The notes under the pieces: model-generated | Told to the model about the DNA's origin: nothing | Databases searched by the model: none | Seen by the model: the letters and a program-made list of their open reading frames with translations, nothing else | Shown: positions 19,233 to 29,443 of the stretch, piece after piece | Layout: every line of letters begins with the position of its first letter | Position numbering within the stretch: position 1 is the first letter of the stretch | Assembly: GCA_026392045.1 (NCBI GenBank) | Contig: JAPLCU010000009.1 | Location: 247-64,246, forward strand | From: Armatimonadota bacterium | GTDB lineage: Bacteria > Armatimonadota > UBA5829 | Direction: 5' to 3' | DNA length: 64,000 bases | Position numbers and translations under genes: made by a program

Positions 19233-19832
19233 CTAAACCTTAGAAACCCACCGCCTATATCTCTCCAGATAAAACCGCCAAGGCTCATCAATGGCTTCTT
19301 TTATGCCTATGCGCGGTCGGATGATTATCTCACCTATATCCAACCCATCATCAATGACATACAGCCGCCCGTCAGCCAGGCATTCGCCATTAAGCTCCTT
19401 AGCGATGCCCATGGCCTGGGTGAGCTTGCCGGGACCGCTGCAAAGGTCTTCAAGGCGTTCTTTATTGCGGTTTTGCATCATGACATCGATGCCATCGATA
19501 GGCTCTAGCGCTCTGATCAAAATCGCCTCGCCAATACCCTTTGGCTGCGTAACAAAATTGAGGCAGTAATGAAAACCATAGGTGAAATAAACATAGGCGC
19601 GCCCTGGCTCGCCAAACATTATCTCATTTCGTTTGGTCATTCCTCGGCTGGCATGGCACGCGGGGTCATCGTGAAGATAAGCCTCCGTCTCAATGATCCT
19701 GCCAGAAGTGACAACCCCATCATTCACATGCACAACTATCTTACCCAGCGCCGCCCGCGCAACCTCCACGGTATTTTGAACATAAAAATCGCTATCCAGC
19801 TTATTCACTGCTTGCCTCTGATCATTCAACAC
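19233..19832 (-). CDS. DNA-3-methyladenine glycosylase (Mpg/AAG family)
   Basis: Conserved blocks GRIIETEAYLHDDPACHASRGMTKRNEIMFGEPGRAYVYFTYGFHYCLNFV and GPGKLTQAMGI typical of methylpurine DNA glycosylase. Confidence 0.8.
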   Translation of the reverse strand: MLNDQRQAVNKLDSDFYVQNTVEVARAALGKIVVHVNDGVVTSGRIIETEAYLHDDPACHASRGMTKRNEIMFGEPGRAYVYFTYGFHYCLNFVTQPKGIGEAILIRALEPIDGIDVMMQNRNKERLEDLCSGPGKLTQAMGIAKELNGECLADGRLYVIDDGLDIGEIIIRPRIGIKEAIDEPWRFYLERYRRWVSKV

Positions 19833-19937
19833 TCGTATTACTAATTGTACATCCGCGGTATATGGCGCGCAAGTTTACAGGTGAACTCTAGGGGGTAAGC
19901 ATCATTTGATGATTAATATTATATCGAGGACAATATT

Positions 19938-20399
19938 ATGGTGCGGCTCATAGATAGCAAGGTTGAAGAGCTTATAAAACGGTCTTTACAGAGCGATTCC
20001 CGAATAGACCTCAGCGAGATTCATGTGCGGGTTGAGGATGGCATCGCATATCTTAGCGGCATGGTGGATAGCGCCGCCGAGCGCCGCGCCGCGCGAGAAG
20101 ACCTGCAATCCACTCAGCAAATTGAGCGAATAGTCGATGAGTTGCAGCTCCGCAATTATGTCGAGCGCACTGATCCCGAACTGCGCGAATCAGTCAGGCA
20201 GGCGTTGATTAGAGATATCGATGTCGACATTCGCCCGATAAAGGTCGAAGCCAATAACGGCGTTGTCACACTCACGGGCAAGGTCGATTCATACTCACAA
20301 AAAACCGCCGCTGAGAACATCGCATGGTGGACCCCGGGTGTCACTGAAGTAATCGACCGAATGGAATTGGACGGAAAAATCAGACCATCGTTCGATTAG
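19938..20399 (+). CDS. BON-domain (OsmY-like) protein, two BON domains
   Basis: Two copies of the VxVxVxNGxVxLxGxVxS BON pattern. RBS GAGGA. Confidence 0.75.
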   Translation: MVRLIDSKVEELIKRSLQSDSRIDLSEIHVRVEDGIAYLSGMVDSAAERRAAREDLQSTQQIERIVDELQLRNYVERTDPELRESVRQALIRDIDVDIRPIKVEANNGVVTLTGKVDSYSQKTAAENIAWWTPGVTEVIDRMELDGKIRPSFD

Positions 20400-20452
20400 C
20401 GACATTGGATATTGCATTTCTGCCTAATCTGGCCAAGGTCACCATCATCCTC

Positions 20453-20648
20453 TATCGAATTGTCAAACCGAACTATTTCTGTGCTCGAGTAATAGGTGCA
20501 TCCCATTTATGACCGTCAACAATTTTCATCACGGAAGCACGGAATTTGTGAATCACGGAAGGGAGCGATAAAAAAGACTTTGGCTCGGCGGGAGCCTCGC
20601 CCTCCCATCGAATTGTCAAACCAAATGATTTCTGTGATCGAGTAATCA
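20453..20648 (+). promoter_or_regulatory. Leader region of the histidine kinase with 40-bp direct repeats and tandem ATCACGGAA motifs
   Basis: Direct repeats tcgaattgtcaaaccgaactatttctgtgctcgagtaata (20453-20492) and tcgaattgtcaaaccaaatgatttctgtgatcgagtaatca (20608-20648). Between them atcacggaagcacggaat (20528-20545) and atcacggaaggg (20553-20564). Confidence 0.4.
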
Positions 20649-20653
20649 ACCGG

Positions 20654-22741
20654 TTGACTGAAACCTCTAGTTGTGTTACGCTTGTGAATGATAGAAAATC
20701 ATCGTTAATTAGGCAAGAGGCACACGTTTTGATCAAGTTGAACAGCCCAGCGCAACGAGATAGCAACAAGCACATCCATACTACTCCCGAACGCGTCAAA
20801 CTCACCGACTTGATGAGCAAGAACGATATTGCGGAGCGAATCATGGCGTTCTGCGCAGATGGCGTAGCCACTGCGAGTGTGTTTGTGTTCGACGATGCTT
20901 CGACGGGGCTCAGCATGCTGGAAAATGAACCAATCGAGCAGATACACGGAGAAAACCCCCCGTGCTTAGACGGGGCTCAGCATGCTAAGCTGCTTGAACT
21001 CATTGACGCGGTTCGCAGCAAGGGTGAAAATCAGTTAGATCACAGTGCCGAAGGGATGCTGACCCTGACCAGCCCAATCTGGCTCAAATACGATGGTCAC
21101 AACTACCTCAAAGGCTGCTTTGCGGGCAGCTTGACTTGTCCCAGCAAACGACAGTTGGAATCATCCGTGCTTATAGCTAAGTTTGTTGCGGACACCATAT
21201 CTGACCGCATAACTTACGCTTTCGGCAGCCGAGTCGCCCGTTACGAGTATCAGGCCCTTGAACATGAGCTTAAACTCGATAGCGAACTGGCGGCGATGAT
21301 GGAAAACATCGGCGCTAAATTGATGGTGGTTGACCGCGATCTGAATATTGTCTGGCACAATTCTGTCATCACAAAACGCTGCAATGGCGTGAGTCCGCGT
21401 GGAAAACTATGTTACGAAGCTATGGGCGCCGTTGCCAGATGTAATCCCTGCCCCGCTGTTATGACGTTCAAAACCGGCAAGCCGCAATTGAATGTGTATG
21501 GCAAGAATTCAGACGGCATGATCGCGAACCGCACATCTGCGATGCCAATTTTAGACAGCGAAGGCAAAATTCACCACGTTCTCGTGCTCATAAATGATGT
21601 GAACGATGCTGCGGAAGCAAGCCAGGCTGCTGCGGAACTAGCTAGTTACAAGCACCTGATCAATAGTTCAGACGACTTCATGCTGATGTGCGATAATAGC
21701 GGACAGGTTCTGGCCGTCAACAAAAAAATGATTGAGACGCTGGGATATGCAGAAAGCGACCTCATCGGCAAACACGGCAACAGCGCCGTTGTAACCGAAG
21801 ACCTGCACAAGTTTCATGATGTGGCCCAGAGCGCCATGCAACTCGGAATTGCCATGGACAGCGTTCGCGTTCAGGGAAAGAACGGCGAGATCATACCCAC
21901 TCAGATGATGCTTGCTTATGATAAAGAACGCAGTGTTTATGAGATCATATTTCGCAATATCTCCGAGCGTCTGCAAATGGAAAAAGAGCTTAGAGAACGC
22001 TCTGAAGAGCTTCAGGCGCAAAATTTCAAAGTCCTCGCAATGGCTGAAGAGCGAGACAGATTTTTCCGCAATGTCTCACATGAACTGCGCACCCCGCTGA
22101 CCTCGATAATAGGCTTCGCGGAACTGCTGTTCGAAGACATAGACGAGCCGCTTTCAAAGAGGCAAAAACAGCAGCTCCAGCGCGTCGTAGGCAATTCACA
22201 CAAGCTTCTGAGCATGGTTAATGATATTATGGACATCAGCAAGATCGACGCAGGCCGCATGGAAATCCATATTGGCTCCCTGAAACTGCACGAATTCATA
22301 CCGCACATCGCCGCGAACCTCACACCGCTTGCGAAAGAAAAAAATCTGGCTCTGAACCTGCACTTGGACGACAAACTTCCCACGGTGCACACCGATGAGA
22401 ATAAGCTAGGCCAAATATTGGTCAATCTAATCTCAAACGCTATCAAGTTCACCAATCAAGGAACAATAGATATCACCGCGACCGCGCAGGCCACGAATTT
22501 CGAGATATCAGTAAAAGACACAGGCATAGGAATCCCCGAAACCGACCTCAAAGAAATCTTCAAAGAGTTCCACCGAGCCCACACCCAGGCATCAAGCGTA
22601 CGCGGCAGCGGCCTGGGCCTGACCATAGCCCAGGGAATGGCCGGGCTATTAGGCGGGAAGATTCTGGTCGAAAGCGAAGTCGGCAAAGGCTCCACTTTCA
22701 CCATAAGTCTGCCGATTGCGCTGAGCGCATCACCTAATTAA
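20654..22741 (+). CDS. Sensor histidine kinase (GAF-like N-terminus, two PAS domains, HisKA + HATPase_c)
   Basis: HisKA H-box FRNVSHELRTPLTSIIGFAELL. N, G1 and G2 boxes at the C-terminus (LVNLISNAIKFT, DTGIGI, GSGLGL). TTG at 20654; the first ATG is at 20813. Confidence 0.8.
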   Translation: MTETSSCVTLVNDRKSSLIRQEAHVLIKLNSPAQRDSNKHIHTTPERVKLTDLMSKNDIAERIMAFCADGVATASVFVFDDASTGLSMLENEPIEQIHGENPPCLDGAQHAKLLELIDAVRSKGENQLDHSAEGMLTLTSPIWLKYDGHNYLKGCFAGSLTCPSKRQLESSVLIAKFVADTISDRITYAFGSRVARYEYQALEHELKLDSELAAMMENIGAKLMVVDRDLNIVWHNSVITKRCNGVSPRGKLCYEAMGAVARCNPCPAVMTFKTGKPQLNVYGKNSDGMIANRTSAMPILDSEGKIHHVLVLINDVNDAAEASQAAAELASYKHLINSSDDFMLMCDNSGQVLAVNKKMIETLGYAESDLIGKHGNSAVVTEDLHKFHDVAQSAMQLGIAMDSVRVQGKNGEIIPTQMMLAYDKERSVYEIIFRNISERLQMEKELRERSEELQAQNFKVLAMAEERDRFFRNVSHELRTPLTSIIGFAELLFEDIDEPLSKRQKQQLQRVVGNSHKLLSMVNDIMDISKIDAGRMEIHIGSLKLHEFIPHIAANLTPLAKEKNLALNLHLDDKLPTVHTDENKLGQILVNLISNAIKFTNQGTIDITATAQATNFEISVKDTGIGIPETDLKEIFKEFHRAHTQASSVRGSGLGLTIAQGMAGLLGGKILVESEVGKGSTFTISLPIALSASPN

Positions 22742-22850
22742 GCCGCACCCGATCTTTCCGGACTTCAGTCCCGAAACGAACCAGGAATTGGTCGCGAGGG
22801 CGAGTCCCTTCCCGGCTCTCCGCTCTCCACTCTCAGCTTTCCACTCCTTC

Positions 22851-23927
22851 TCAACTTCGCCCGGCGTTCTTCCTGATCTCCGCTATTTGCTCCTCGGTCA
22901 GGGCTTTTTCGAAGCTCCTGAAACCGGCGAGTTTGAAGCCGTGTTTGTTGGCAATCTTGGTGATTTGCTCGACTTGTTCTACCGAGACATCCTTGCCAAG
23001 GGTGAAATTTTCGTAGCGGCCATCGAGAGCGAGCATTATTGTTTCGGACATACATGCATAGGCGGTCTTTGGGGGGAAGCCGAAGTTGAAATTGAAGTTA
23101 GCGTCTTCGCCGGGAATCTGCACCACACCGCCTTCGATCACCAATACATCGTTGCGCTCCTGCTGAACCCGCACTGAGACATCGCGGGGGCGGGCAACAT
23201 CGCAAACCACGGCGCCGCGCCTGATGAAGCTTGGCTCTATAATGGCGTCAACCGCGCTTGAGACTGTGACAACTATATCGGCGTCCTTTATCCCAGCTTC
23301 TACATCGGTGGCTGTTGCGATATTTGCGCTGACTTTGCCTGAAAGCTGCGCGGCAAAATCGTCGAGCTTGTCCTGACTGCGGCCGACGAGCGTCACCGCT
23401 GCGGAGCCCTTGCCGAACATCTCTGCGCAGGTCTTGCCGATGGAGCCGGTCGCGCCGACCACTGCCACATGCGCCTTGGCGGGGTCGATTCCCATTATCT
23501 CTGCCGCCCGCAGCGAGCCCGCAATGGCTGTGGCGACGGTGTAGCTGTTGCCTGTGGTTACAGCTATATTGGAGTTTTTCGCAACGGTAATTCCGCCATC
23601 GCCCACCACCGATGTGAACGCGCCCAGGCCGATGATCTTCGCTCCTTTATCCTCGGCGATTCTCATCGTGGCGATAATCTTTTTCCAGACCTCGTCTATA
23701 GGCAGGTTCATCATCAGCTTGGGCGTGAGCGGGCAGCCCACAAACCATCCCTCTGCCTCAGCGCCGGTGAGGGACTTTATCCCGGTGATGTGCGAAACTT
23801 CAATCGGGTTCTTGTAACGCAAAGCGAACTCAATCCAAGATTCGGGCAGCGCCTTCACAAACGGGTATTTCCGCGCAACATCTTTCTTTGCGGATAAGGG
23901 GTGGATTATAAATGCGAATTTTTCCAA
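22851..23927 (-). CDS. NAD(P)-binding Rossmann oxidoreductase (shikimate/quinate-dehydrogenase-like fold), function unknown
   Basis: VAVVGATGSIGKTCAEMF dinucleotide-binding motif. Conserved partner of the downstream 304-aa gene. Confidence 0.4.
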   Translation of the reverse strand: MEKFAFIIHPLSAKKDVARKYPFVKALPESWIEFALRYKNPIEVSHITGIKSLTGAEAEGWFVGCPLTPKLMMNLPIDEVWKKIIATMRIAEDKGAKIIGLGAFTSVVGDGGITVAKNSNIAVTTGNSYTVATAIAGSLRAAEIMGIDPAKAHVAVVGATGSIGKTCAEMFGKGSAAVTLVGRSQDKLDDFAAQLSGKVSANIATATDVEAGIKDADIVVTVSSAVDAIIEPSFIRRGAVVCDVARPRDVSVRVQQERNDVLVIEGGVVQIPGEDANFNFNFGFPPKTAYACMSETIMLALDGRYENFTLGKDVSVEQVEQITKIANKHGFKLAGFRSFEKALTEEQIAEIRKNAGRS

Positions 23928-24027
23928 TGTTTACTCCATATAACAGGGAAGGGCGAGGCTCCCGCCGAGCTTGGTATCTTCGTAGTGATGCGGCTCAGGG
24001 GGACTTTCGCCCTCCCGAGCTTAACCG

Positions 24028-24942
24028 TCAACTCAAATTATTAATAGTCGGTTTCCAGTCCATTTTGACCAGAAGCGACTCGTAATCTTCTATTGTTACG
24101 TCCTCGGGTTTCTTAGCCAGGAGGGTGATTAGAACTCCCTCAAGCACGTTTGTTGCGTAATGGCGGCCGTCGTATTCGGGAGTTGCCGTTACGAGCATTT
24201 TTACGCCGCGGTCTATGAGCATTTTGGTGTCTTCTGCGGTCACGGTGTTGGTAACGATCACCTTGCCCGCAAGCGCACCGGATTCGACTGTGGGCATACT
24301 TTTCTTGATAATCAAATAGTCGCCGGCGATTACATCAGCCCATTTATAATATTTCTCATACTTTGGCTCAATTTTTTCCTGTTTTTCGCCGGTGGGGTAG
24401 AGCCACTGAAACGGCACGCGAGATATTATCGGCATAAGAATCGATGCCGCAGTCCTGACCGCGCCATAACTGCGCATCGGAATGGGCAGGCCGAGCATAA
24501 ACATAAGGTCTCCATAGACCACATTTTTTGCCAGTTTTGCGATGGTTTGCGCCATTCCGAATCTATCCACCGCGCAAACAACCATTACCTTGCTCTTCCC
24601 GAAATCGACAAGACCATTTGCCTGTAAATATTCTATGGTTTTGCGCTCGAGTGTGTTTTTTACGCCGCTTCCGTCCACCACGGGTGTGATTTTGGCGTTT
24701 GACGCCAGCCGCTGGGCATCGCGAAACGTATAACGGCGCTTGTCGGTCCAGACATAGCGGTCTATGCCGCCGAGGCCGATGGCGTCCACTTTGCCGTCCA
24801 GTTCACGCACCATTGCAGCGAATTTTTCCATATTGCCGTCGGTGCCGATTCGTGAAATCTCGAACTTTTGGCCCAACAGCTCTATTTGTGATGTCTTATC
24901 ACGCTTCGAAGAGCCCAGGCTCACACTTACAACGCGCTTCAT
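24028..24942 (-). CDS. Conserved hypothetical protein (partner of the Rossmann oxidoreductase)
   Basis: 304-aa ORF with good coding statistics. Overlaps the dus gene by 44 nt, so a downstream GTG start is possible. Confidence 0.4.
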   Translation of the reverse strand: MKRVVSVSLGSSKRDKTSQIELLGQKFEISRIGTDGNMEKFAAMVRELDGKVDAIGLGGIDRYVWTDKRRYTFRDAQRLASNAKITPVVDGSGVKNTLERKTIEYLQANGLVDFGKSKVMVVCAVDRFGMAQTIAKLAKNVVYGDLMFMLGLPIPMRSYGAVRTAASILMPIISRVPFQWLYPTGEKQEKIEPKYEKYYKWADVIAGDYLIIKKSMPTVESGALAGKVIVTNTVTAEDTKMLIDRGVKMLVTATPEYDGRHYATNVLEGVLITLLAKKPEDVTIEDYESLLVKMDWKPTINNLS

Positions 24943-25906
24943 TCAATACCTCTAAAATCTCTTCGACTGACTTAGTTGTCATTACCCGCGCTCGCAGCTT
25001 GGGCGCGCCCGGCATGCCTTTGAAGTAATGCACCAGATGTCCGCGCAGCTCTCGCGCGGCGCGGGCATAACCGAGAATCCCCGCAAGTATTGAGGCGTGC
25101 TCAATAGCGGCTTCCATGCGCTCGGCATAAGTAGGTTCCGGCGGAACAATGCCTGTGCGCAGATATTCGGCGCTATGCGCGAATATAAACGGATTTCCAA
25201 GCGCCGCTCTGCCGATCATCACGCCGTCGCAGCCGGTTTGTTCCATGATCCGCGCGGCGTCTTCGGGCGTTTTGACGTCGCCATTGGCAATAACGGGAAT
25301 GCCGACCAGCTTCTTTACCTCGCCTATTATATCCCAATCCGCCGCTCCTGAATATCCCTGAGAAGCGGTTCGAGCGTGAACGGTAATAGAATCCACCCCG
25401 CAAATCTGGGCTGTCTTAGCCAATTCGAACACCGCGCGGTCATCTGCGGCCCAGCCAATTCGACATTTTATGGATAATGGAACGTTCAAAACCTGCCGCG
25501 TGGCGATCAATATCTCACGGCAAAGATCGATGTTCTTCAGCAGCATTGCGCCTGAGCCGCTTTTGGCTACTTTGGGCACGGGGCAGCCGAAGTTAACATC
25601 CACAATATCATCGCCCCAGTCCTGCAGCGCCCGCGCGCCAATCGCGACGGTTTCTGGGTCGCCTGCAAAGACCTGCGCGGAAATCGGGCGCTCTTCATCC
25701 GTCCAATCTATCATGGACTTCGTGCGGGGGTCGCGGAACTTGATCGCATACGCGCTGAACATTTCAGTCGACACCAGCCCCACCCCACCCAGGCGTTTGC
25801 AGACAATTCTGAACGCATGATTAGTCACCCCAGCCATTGGAGCAAGCGCCAGAGGAGGATCGATCACTACATTTCCTATCTTAAAGGGGTTCAAAACACT
25901 CTCCAA
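24899..25906 (-). CDS. dus: tRNA-dihydrouridine synthase
   Basis: Dus family blocks LAPMAGVTN, DxNxGCP, KxRxG. The catalytic Cys context is conserved. Confidence 0.8.
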   Translation of the reverse strand: MESVLNPFKIGNVVIDPPLALAPMAGVTNHAFRIVCKRLGGVGLVSTEMFSAYAIKFRDPRTKSMIDWTDEERPISAQVFAGDPETVAIGARALQDWGDDIVDVNFGCPVPKVAKSGSGAMLLKNIDLCREILIATRQVLNVPLSIKCRIGWAADDRAVFELAKTAQICGVDSITVHARTASQGYSGAADWDIIGEVKKLVGIPVIANGDVKTPEDAARIMEQTGCDGVMIGRAALGNPFIFAHSAEYLRTGIVPPEPTYAERMEAAIEHASILAGILGYARAARELRGHLVHYFKGMPGAPKLRARVMTTKSVEEILEVLNEARCKCEPGLFEA

Positions 25907-26041
25907 AATTGCATTGCACTTTTGTTTATTATAACAGATGTAGGGGGTCTTGATTTTGGGAATTTTGAGCGGTTTATCTCACGGAGTTAGCTACGGGATG
26001 AAAACAGTCCTGAAGCATATAAATAGAATGAACAGGAGCAC

Positions 26042-26070
26042 TTCAAAAGGAACGAACAAAATGCTATAAT
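26042..26070 (+). promoter_or_regulatory. Sigma70 promoter TTCAAA-N17-TGcTATAAT upstream of the methyltransferase gene
   Basis: Extended -10 (TGnTATAAT) at 26062-26070, -35 at 26042-26047. About 50 nt upstream of the AGGAGA RBS and the ATG at 26120. Confidence 0.45.
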
Positions 26071-26119
26071 ATAGGCGATTAAGAGCAAAATGAAATGCAT
26101 TACTAAATCAGGAGAAACA

Positions 26120-27067
26120 ATGGAAGCAATCATCAACATTCTGCCAGAGACGGACTGCATATTGGAAGGTGATTGCCGTACCTTGTTGCGGCGGTTTCCG
26201 ACTGAGCATTTTTCAGCCTGCATAACAGACCCACCTTATAATTATGAGTTTATAGGGCGTACCTGGAATGAAGATGAGATAACGCGAAGGTTGGAGCGCA
26301 TTCAGAACTCCAAAACACTTGTAAAGAATATTCCATATGGAAGCGGGCTAGCAGGGGGGGTAAGAAACGAGCGATGGTACGCGCGTAATCGAGAGAACAT
26401 AGAACAGTATCAAAAATGGTGCAAGGAGTGGGCAGATGAGTTGTTTCGTACACTTCGCCCGGGAGCGTATGTAATGGTCTTTAATAGCACCCGAACGATT
26501 GCGCATGTTCAGGTCGCACTGGAGGACGCAGGATTTTATGCACGCGACATACTTGTGTGGCGACGTCATTCCGGTATTCCCAAAGGACTAAACTTTTCGG
26601 ATAAAATGGGTAAGTTGGGTGACGAGAAGGCAGCTTCGCGTTGGACAGGATGGCATAGCTGTCTGCGCAATGAATGGGAAGCTATATGCTTGCTCCAGAA
26701 ACCGCTTCTTAATAACTACATTGAGACAATAAAGAAATCGGACGTTGGGCTGCTACATGCTGAGGATGGATTTGGCTTTGCGTCTAACATAATTGACGGG
26801 ATTGGCAGATCGTTAGATGATAAGACAAGTGAGCATTGCACAGTGAAGCCGCTTGATTTGATGCGCTATCTAATACGACTGGTCGTTCCGCAGTCACACG
26901 ATCATATAGTGCTCGATCCTTTCGCCGGGACAGGAACGACATGTGTGGCGGCACATGAATATGGCGTCGGTTATGTGGGAATCGATATAAACCAGCGTTA
27001 TTGTGAAATTGCACGTGAACGTTTGATGGTAATTGGTCAAGTGCCCACCCAGAAAGCACTATTCTGA
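26120..27067 (+). CDS. Type II DNA methyltransferase, beta-class (N4-cytosine or N6-adenine)
   Basis: DPPY (motif IV) near the N-terminus and FAGTGTT (motif I) near the C-terminus, which is beta-group order. RBS AGGAGA 5 nt upstream of the ATG. GC lower than flanks. Confidence 0.8.
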   Translation: MEAIINILPETDCILEGDCRTLLRRFPTEHFSACITDPPYNYEFIGRTWNEDEITRRLERIQNSKTLVKNIPYGSGLAGGVRNERWYARNRENIEQYQKWCKEWADELFRTLRPGAYVMVFNSTRTIAHVQVALEDAGFYARDILVWRRHSGIPKGLNFSDKMGKLGDEKAASRWTGWHSCLRNEWEAICLLQKPLLNNYIETIKKSDVGLLHAEDGFGFASNIIDGIGRSLDDKTSEHCTVKPLDLMRYLIRLVVPQSHDHIVLDPFAGTGTTCVAAHEYGVGYVGIDINQRYCEIARERLMVIGQVPTQKALF

Positions 27068-27646
27068 ACCCCGCGTAATGCAGTGTGATGTCGCGCACAT
27101 CCGCAACCAGCTCTGTAAGTCAATTCCTGTTTTGGTGCATATATAATCGAACGTCTGCTGTGCTGTGTATACTGTCCATCCACCGGTAATACAGGCAGTA
27201 AGTGCCGCTGGCAAGTTATCATCGCGCACTATGAGCAACACTGGACGAAATCCCTCCGCAGTCAGAGCTTTACCGTATTGCTTGAACTTCTTGAGGGTTC
27301 CAGAGTCACCCGATCCGATTCGATATTTAGTGTCAATTGCATCTAGCCCGCACATTAAATCGCACAATTCATCATTGTTATCGCGGTATCCGTGCGCAAA
27401 ATCTTGGCAATTCACGCGAAAGAGCGCAGTAATGATCAATTGCCAGCACATTCCCAACTCCCTGCCCCAATACTGCCGGTTCTCTCGCTTCAGCTCTGGT
27501 GATATGCTGAAGACATCCATCAAGACGTCTATGTCATTGTTTTCGTCGCCATAAGTCTTGCTCGAAAACGAATCAGAATACTGGCTAAGTATCTCAGTCA
27601 GTGCTTGCTGCCATTCATTCATTGCTGCTCTCCATAATCTCATCAA
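27059..27646 (-). CDS. Putative Type II restriction endonuclease (small, PD-(D/E)xK-like)
   Basis: Position is the classic C-R arrangement: it overlaps the end of the C gene and is convergent with M. Candidate D...ELK catalytic motif (IDVLMDVFSISPELK). No direct family recognition. Confidence 0.4.
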   Translation of the reverse strand: MMRLWRAAMNEWQQALTEILSQYSDSFSSKTYGDENNDIDVLMDVFSISPELKRENRQYWGRELGMCWQLIITALFRVNCQDFAHGYRDNNDELCDLMCGLDAIDTKYRIGSGDSGTLKKFKQYGKALTAEGFRPVLLIVRDDNLPAALTACITGGWTVYTAQQTFDYICTKTGIDLQSWLRMCATSHCITRGSE

Positions 27647-27860
27647 CTAGCGCAGAAACAGTTACTCCATACAACTGAGCAAAATACATTGCCTCAATTG
27701 CGTCAATACGCCGTTCTCCAGATTCGCATTTTGCAACAAAGGATTGCGGTTTCCCGAGGCGTCGCGCCACCTCCGCCTGAGAGAGATGTGCTTTCTTTCT
27801 TGCTTCGCGCAGATGCATCAAAAAAGTTTGGTATTTGTTAGAGTGAACTTGCTTGCTCAT
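27615..27860 (-). CDS. Controller (C) protein, XRE-family HTH
   Basis: HTH LSQAEVARRLGKPQSFVAKCESGER. 81 aa from the ATG at 27860. Its stop overlaps the start region of the downstream putative REase. Confidence 0.6.
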   Translation of the reverse strand: MSKQVHSNKYQTFLMHLREARKKAHLSQAEVARRLGKPQSFVAKCESGERRIDAIEAMYFAQLYGVTVSALVDEIMESSNE

Positions 27861-27887
27861 ATATACTCCATGATATCGCTGCTTGCT

Positions 27888-27905
27888 AATTATCCCATAT
27901 CGGGA
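27888..27905. promoter_or_regulatory. Candidate C-box operator palindrome TTATCCC-ATAT-CGGGATA
   Basis: 6-7-bp inverted repeat centred about 35 nt upstream of the C-gene ATG. Flanked by GATATCG direct repeats. Confidence 0.3.
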
Positions 27906-28467
27906 TATCGTGGCTGCAACCATTCATTCGGTTTTTCGGGATTTGAGGGTTGGAGCACGATCTAGCAAGCTCTGATCTAAGCATTCAACCCAACCCCTTC
28001 CTTCCCCTCTAAAACCTAACACCTCCTGCCATCTGAGCTCAAAACCACCCCTGTGCACAATCTGCGAACAAGATTTAATCAAATCATACCGAAAATTTAG
28101 CCAAATAATGGCATTCTCGCCGTCTAGTACATGAGGGACAAATTTTTTTGGCAGTTCCTTCCGGGCTCTCTGCTCTCTGCCATCCCTTCTGAGGCTCCCG
28201 CCGAGCCGCTTCCTTTGTTCGGGCGGAATCTCTGATCCGCCCGCTTTCGTTCCGCACTTTTTAGACCCAAATTTCGCTATTATGGAAGGAACGAAATCAG
28301 CTCAATTCACGCTCAGCGACCATTTCGTTTTGTGGAGAAAAACTATTTGAACACAAAATGCAATATGCAAAGAGATTGAATGTTATAGTTTAAGTGGCAG
28401 CTAACTATATAGCCGCTAATAGTGTAAAATATCACTTAGGAAAGCATACGCACACGGAGGTTCAACC

Positions 28468-29400
28468 TTGAAAGATATTCATGCGTATAAGCTCGGCGAC
28501 GGCTGCTCGTGCTCCATAGCGGCGGGGTGGGGATGCAATTTGTTTTCGTGGAAAGCAGGCGGCGTAGAGCTTATGTATTGCCCCGAAGACCTTCCGCAGA
28601 CCGCTCAGAAGATCACCGGCGGCGGGAACCCGATACTTTTCCCATCGGTCGGGCGGACGTGGGATCATTCGTCTGGGGAGCCTGTCGCGGGTGTATACCG
28701 AGTTTTCGAGCACGAAAAGCCCTACTTCATGCCATCGCATGGGGCGCTCTTTATGAGCGAATTTCGCAAAGTAGACGAGCAAATCGCCTCTGACAGCATA
28801 ACTGCGGCTTACGAAACCCGAATATCTGAAAAGATTCGAGAGGAAAACTATCCGTTTGACCTCAGCCTGACCCAGCGCTTCACCCTCAAGGCAAATAGCG
28901 TGGAGCTCGAATCAATCATAACCAACCACGGCGGCACCCCAGCTCCGTGCGCTTTCGGTTATCATCCGTATTTTGCTATATCAAACCCGAAACGCGAGGG
29001 AATCACCGTGCGCATGCCCGTCAGGAAACGTCTTCTGCTTACGCCCGATACCATACTACTCACCGGCGAAAGCGAGCCGACCGACGGCATTTTTGACCTC
29101 CAGCCCGATGTCCACTATGATCAGCCCTACGGCGAGCCAACGGGCACGCGAATGTCGATCATTGACCATATCGCGGGCCATACGATAAATGTGGATTTTG
29201 ATAAGAAATGCGAGCTTTTCTTGCTATATTCGCCCGCCGGCTCAGATTTCGTATGTATCGAACCCTGGACACGCGGTCTGGGCGCTTTCGAGCATCTCAA
29301 AGAGCCTGGCTGGGAAGATGGCAAGCTGATACCTGTGCTGCAGCCAGGGGAAGCGATGGACTTCAAGGCAACATTCAGCGTGAATTGGGGGCGGACATAG
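28468..29400 (+). CDS. Aldose 1-epimerase family protein
   Basis: Galactose-mutarotase-like fold signatures. TTG start after an ACGGAGG RBS. Confidence 0.65.
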   Translation: MKDIHAYKLGDGCSCSIAAGWGCNLFSWKAGGVELMYCPEDLPQTAQKITGGGNPILFPSVGRTWDHSSGEPVAGVYRVFEHEKPYFMPSHGALFMSEFRKVDEQIASDSITAAYETRISEKIREENYPFDLSLTQRFTLKANSVELESIITNHGGTPAPCAFGYHPYFAISNPKREGITVRMPVRKRLLLTPDTILLTGESEPTDGIFDLQPDVHYDQPYGEPTGTRMSIIDHIAGHTINVDFDKKCELFLLYSPAGSDFVCIEPWTRGLGAFEHLKEPGWEDGKLIPVLQPGEAMDFKATFSVNWGRT

Positions 29401-29443
29401 TATGCCCGCCTAATACTTATAACTTATAACTCAGAACTCAAAA

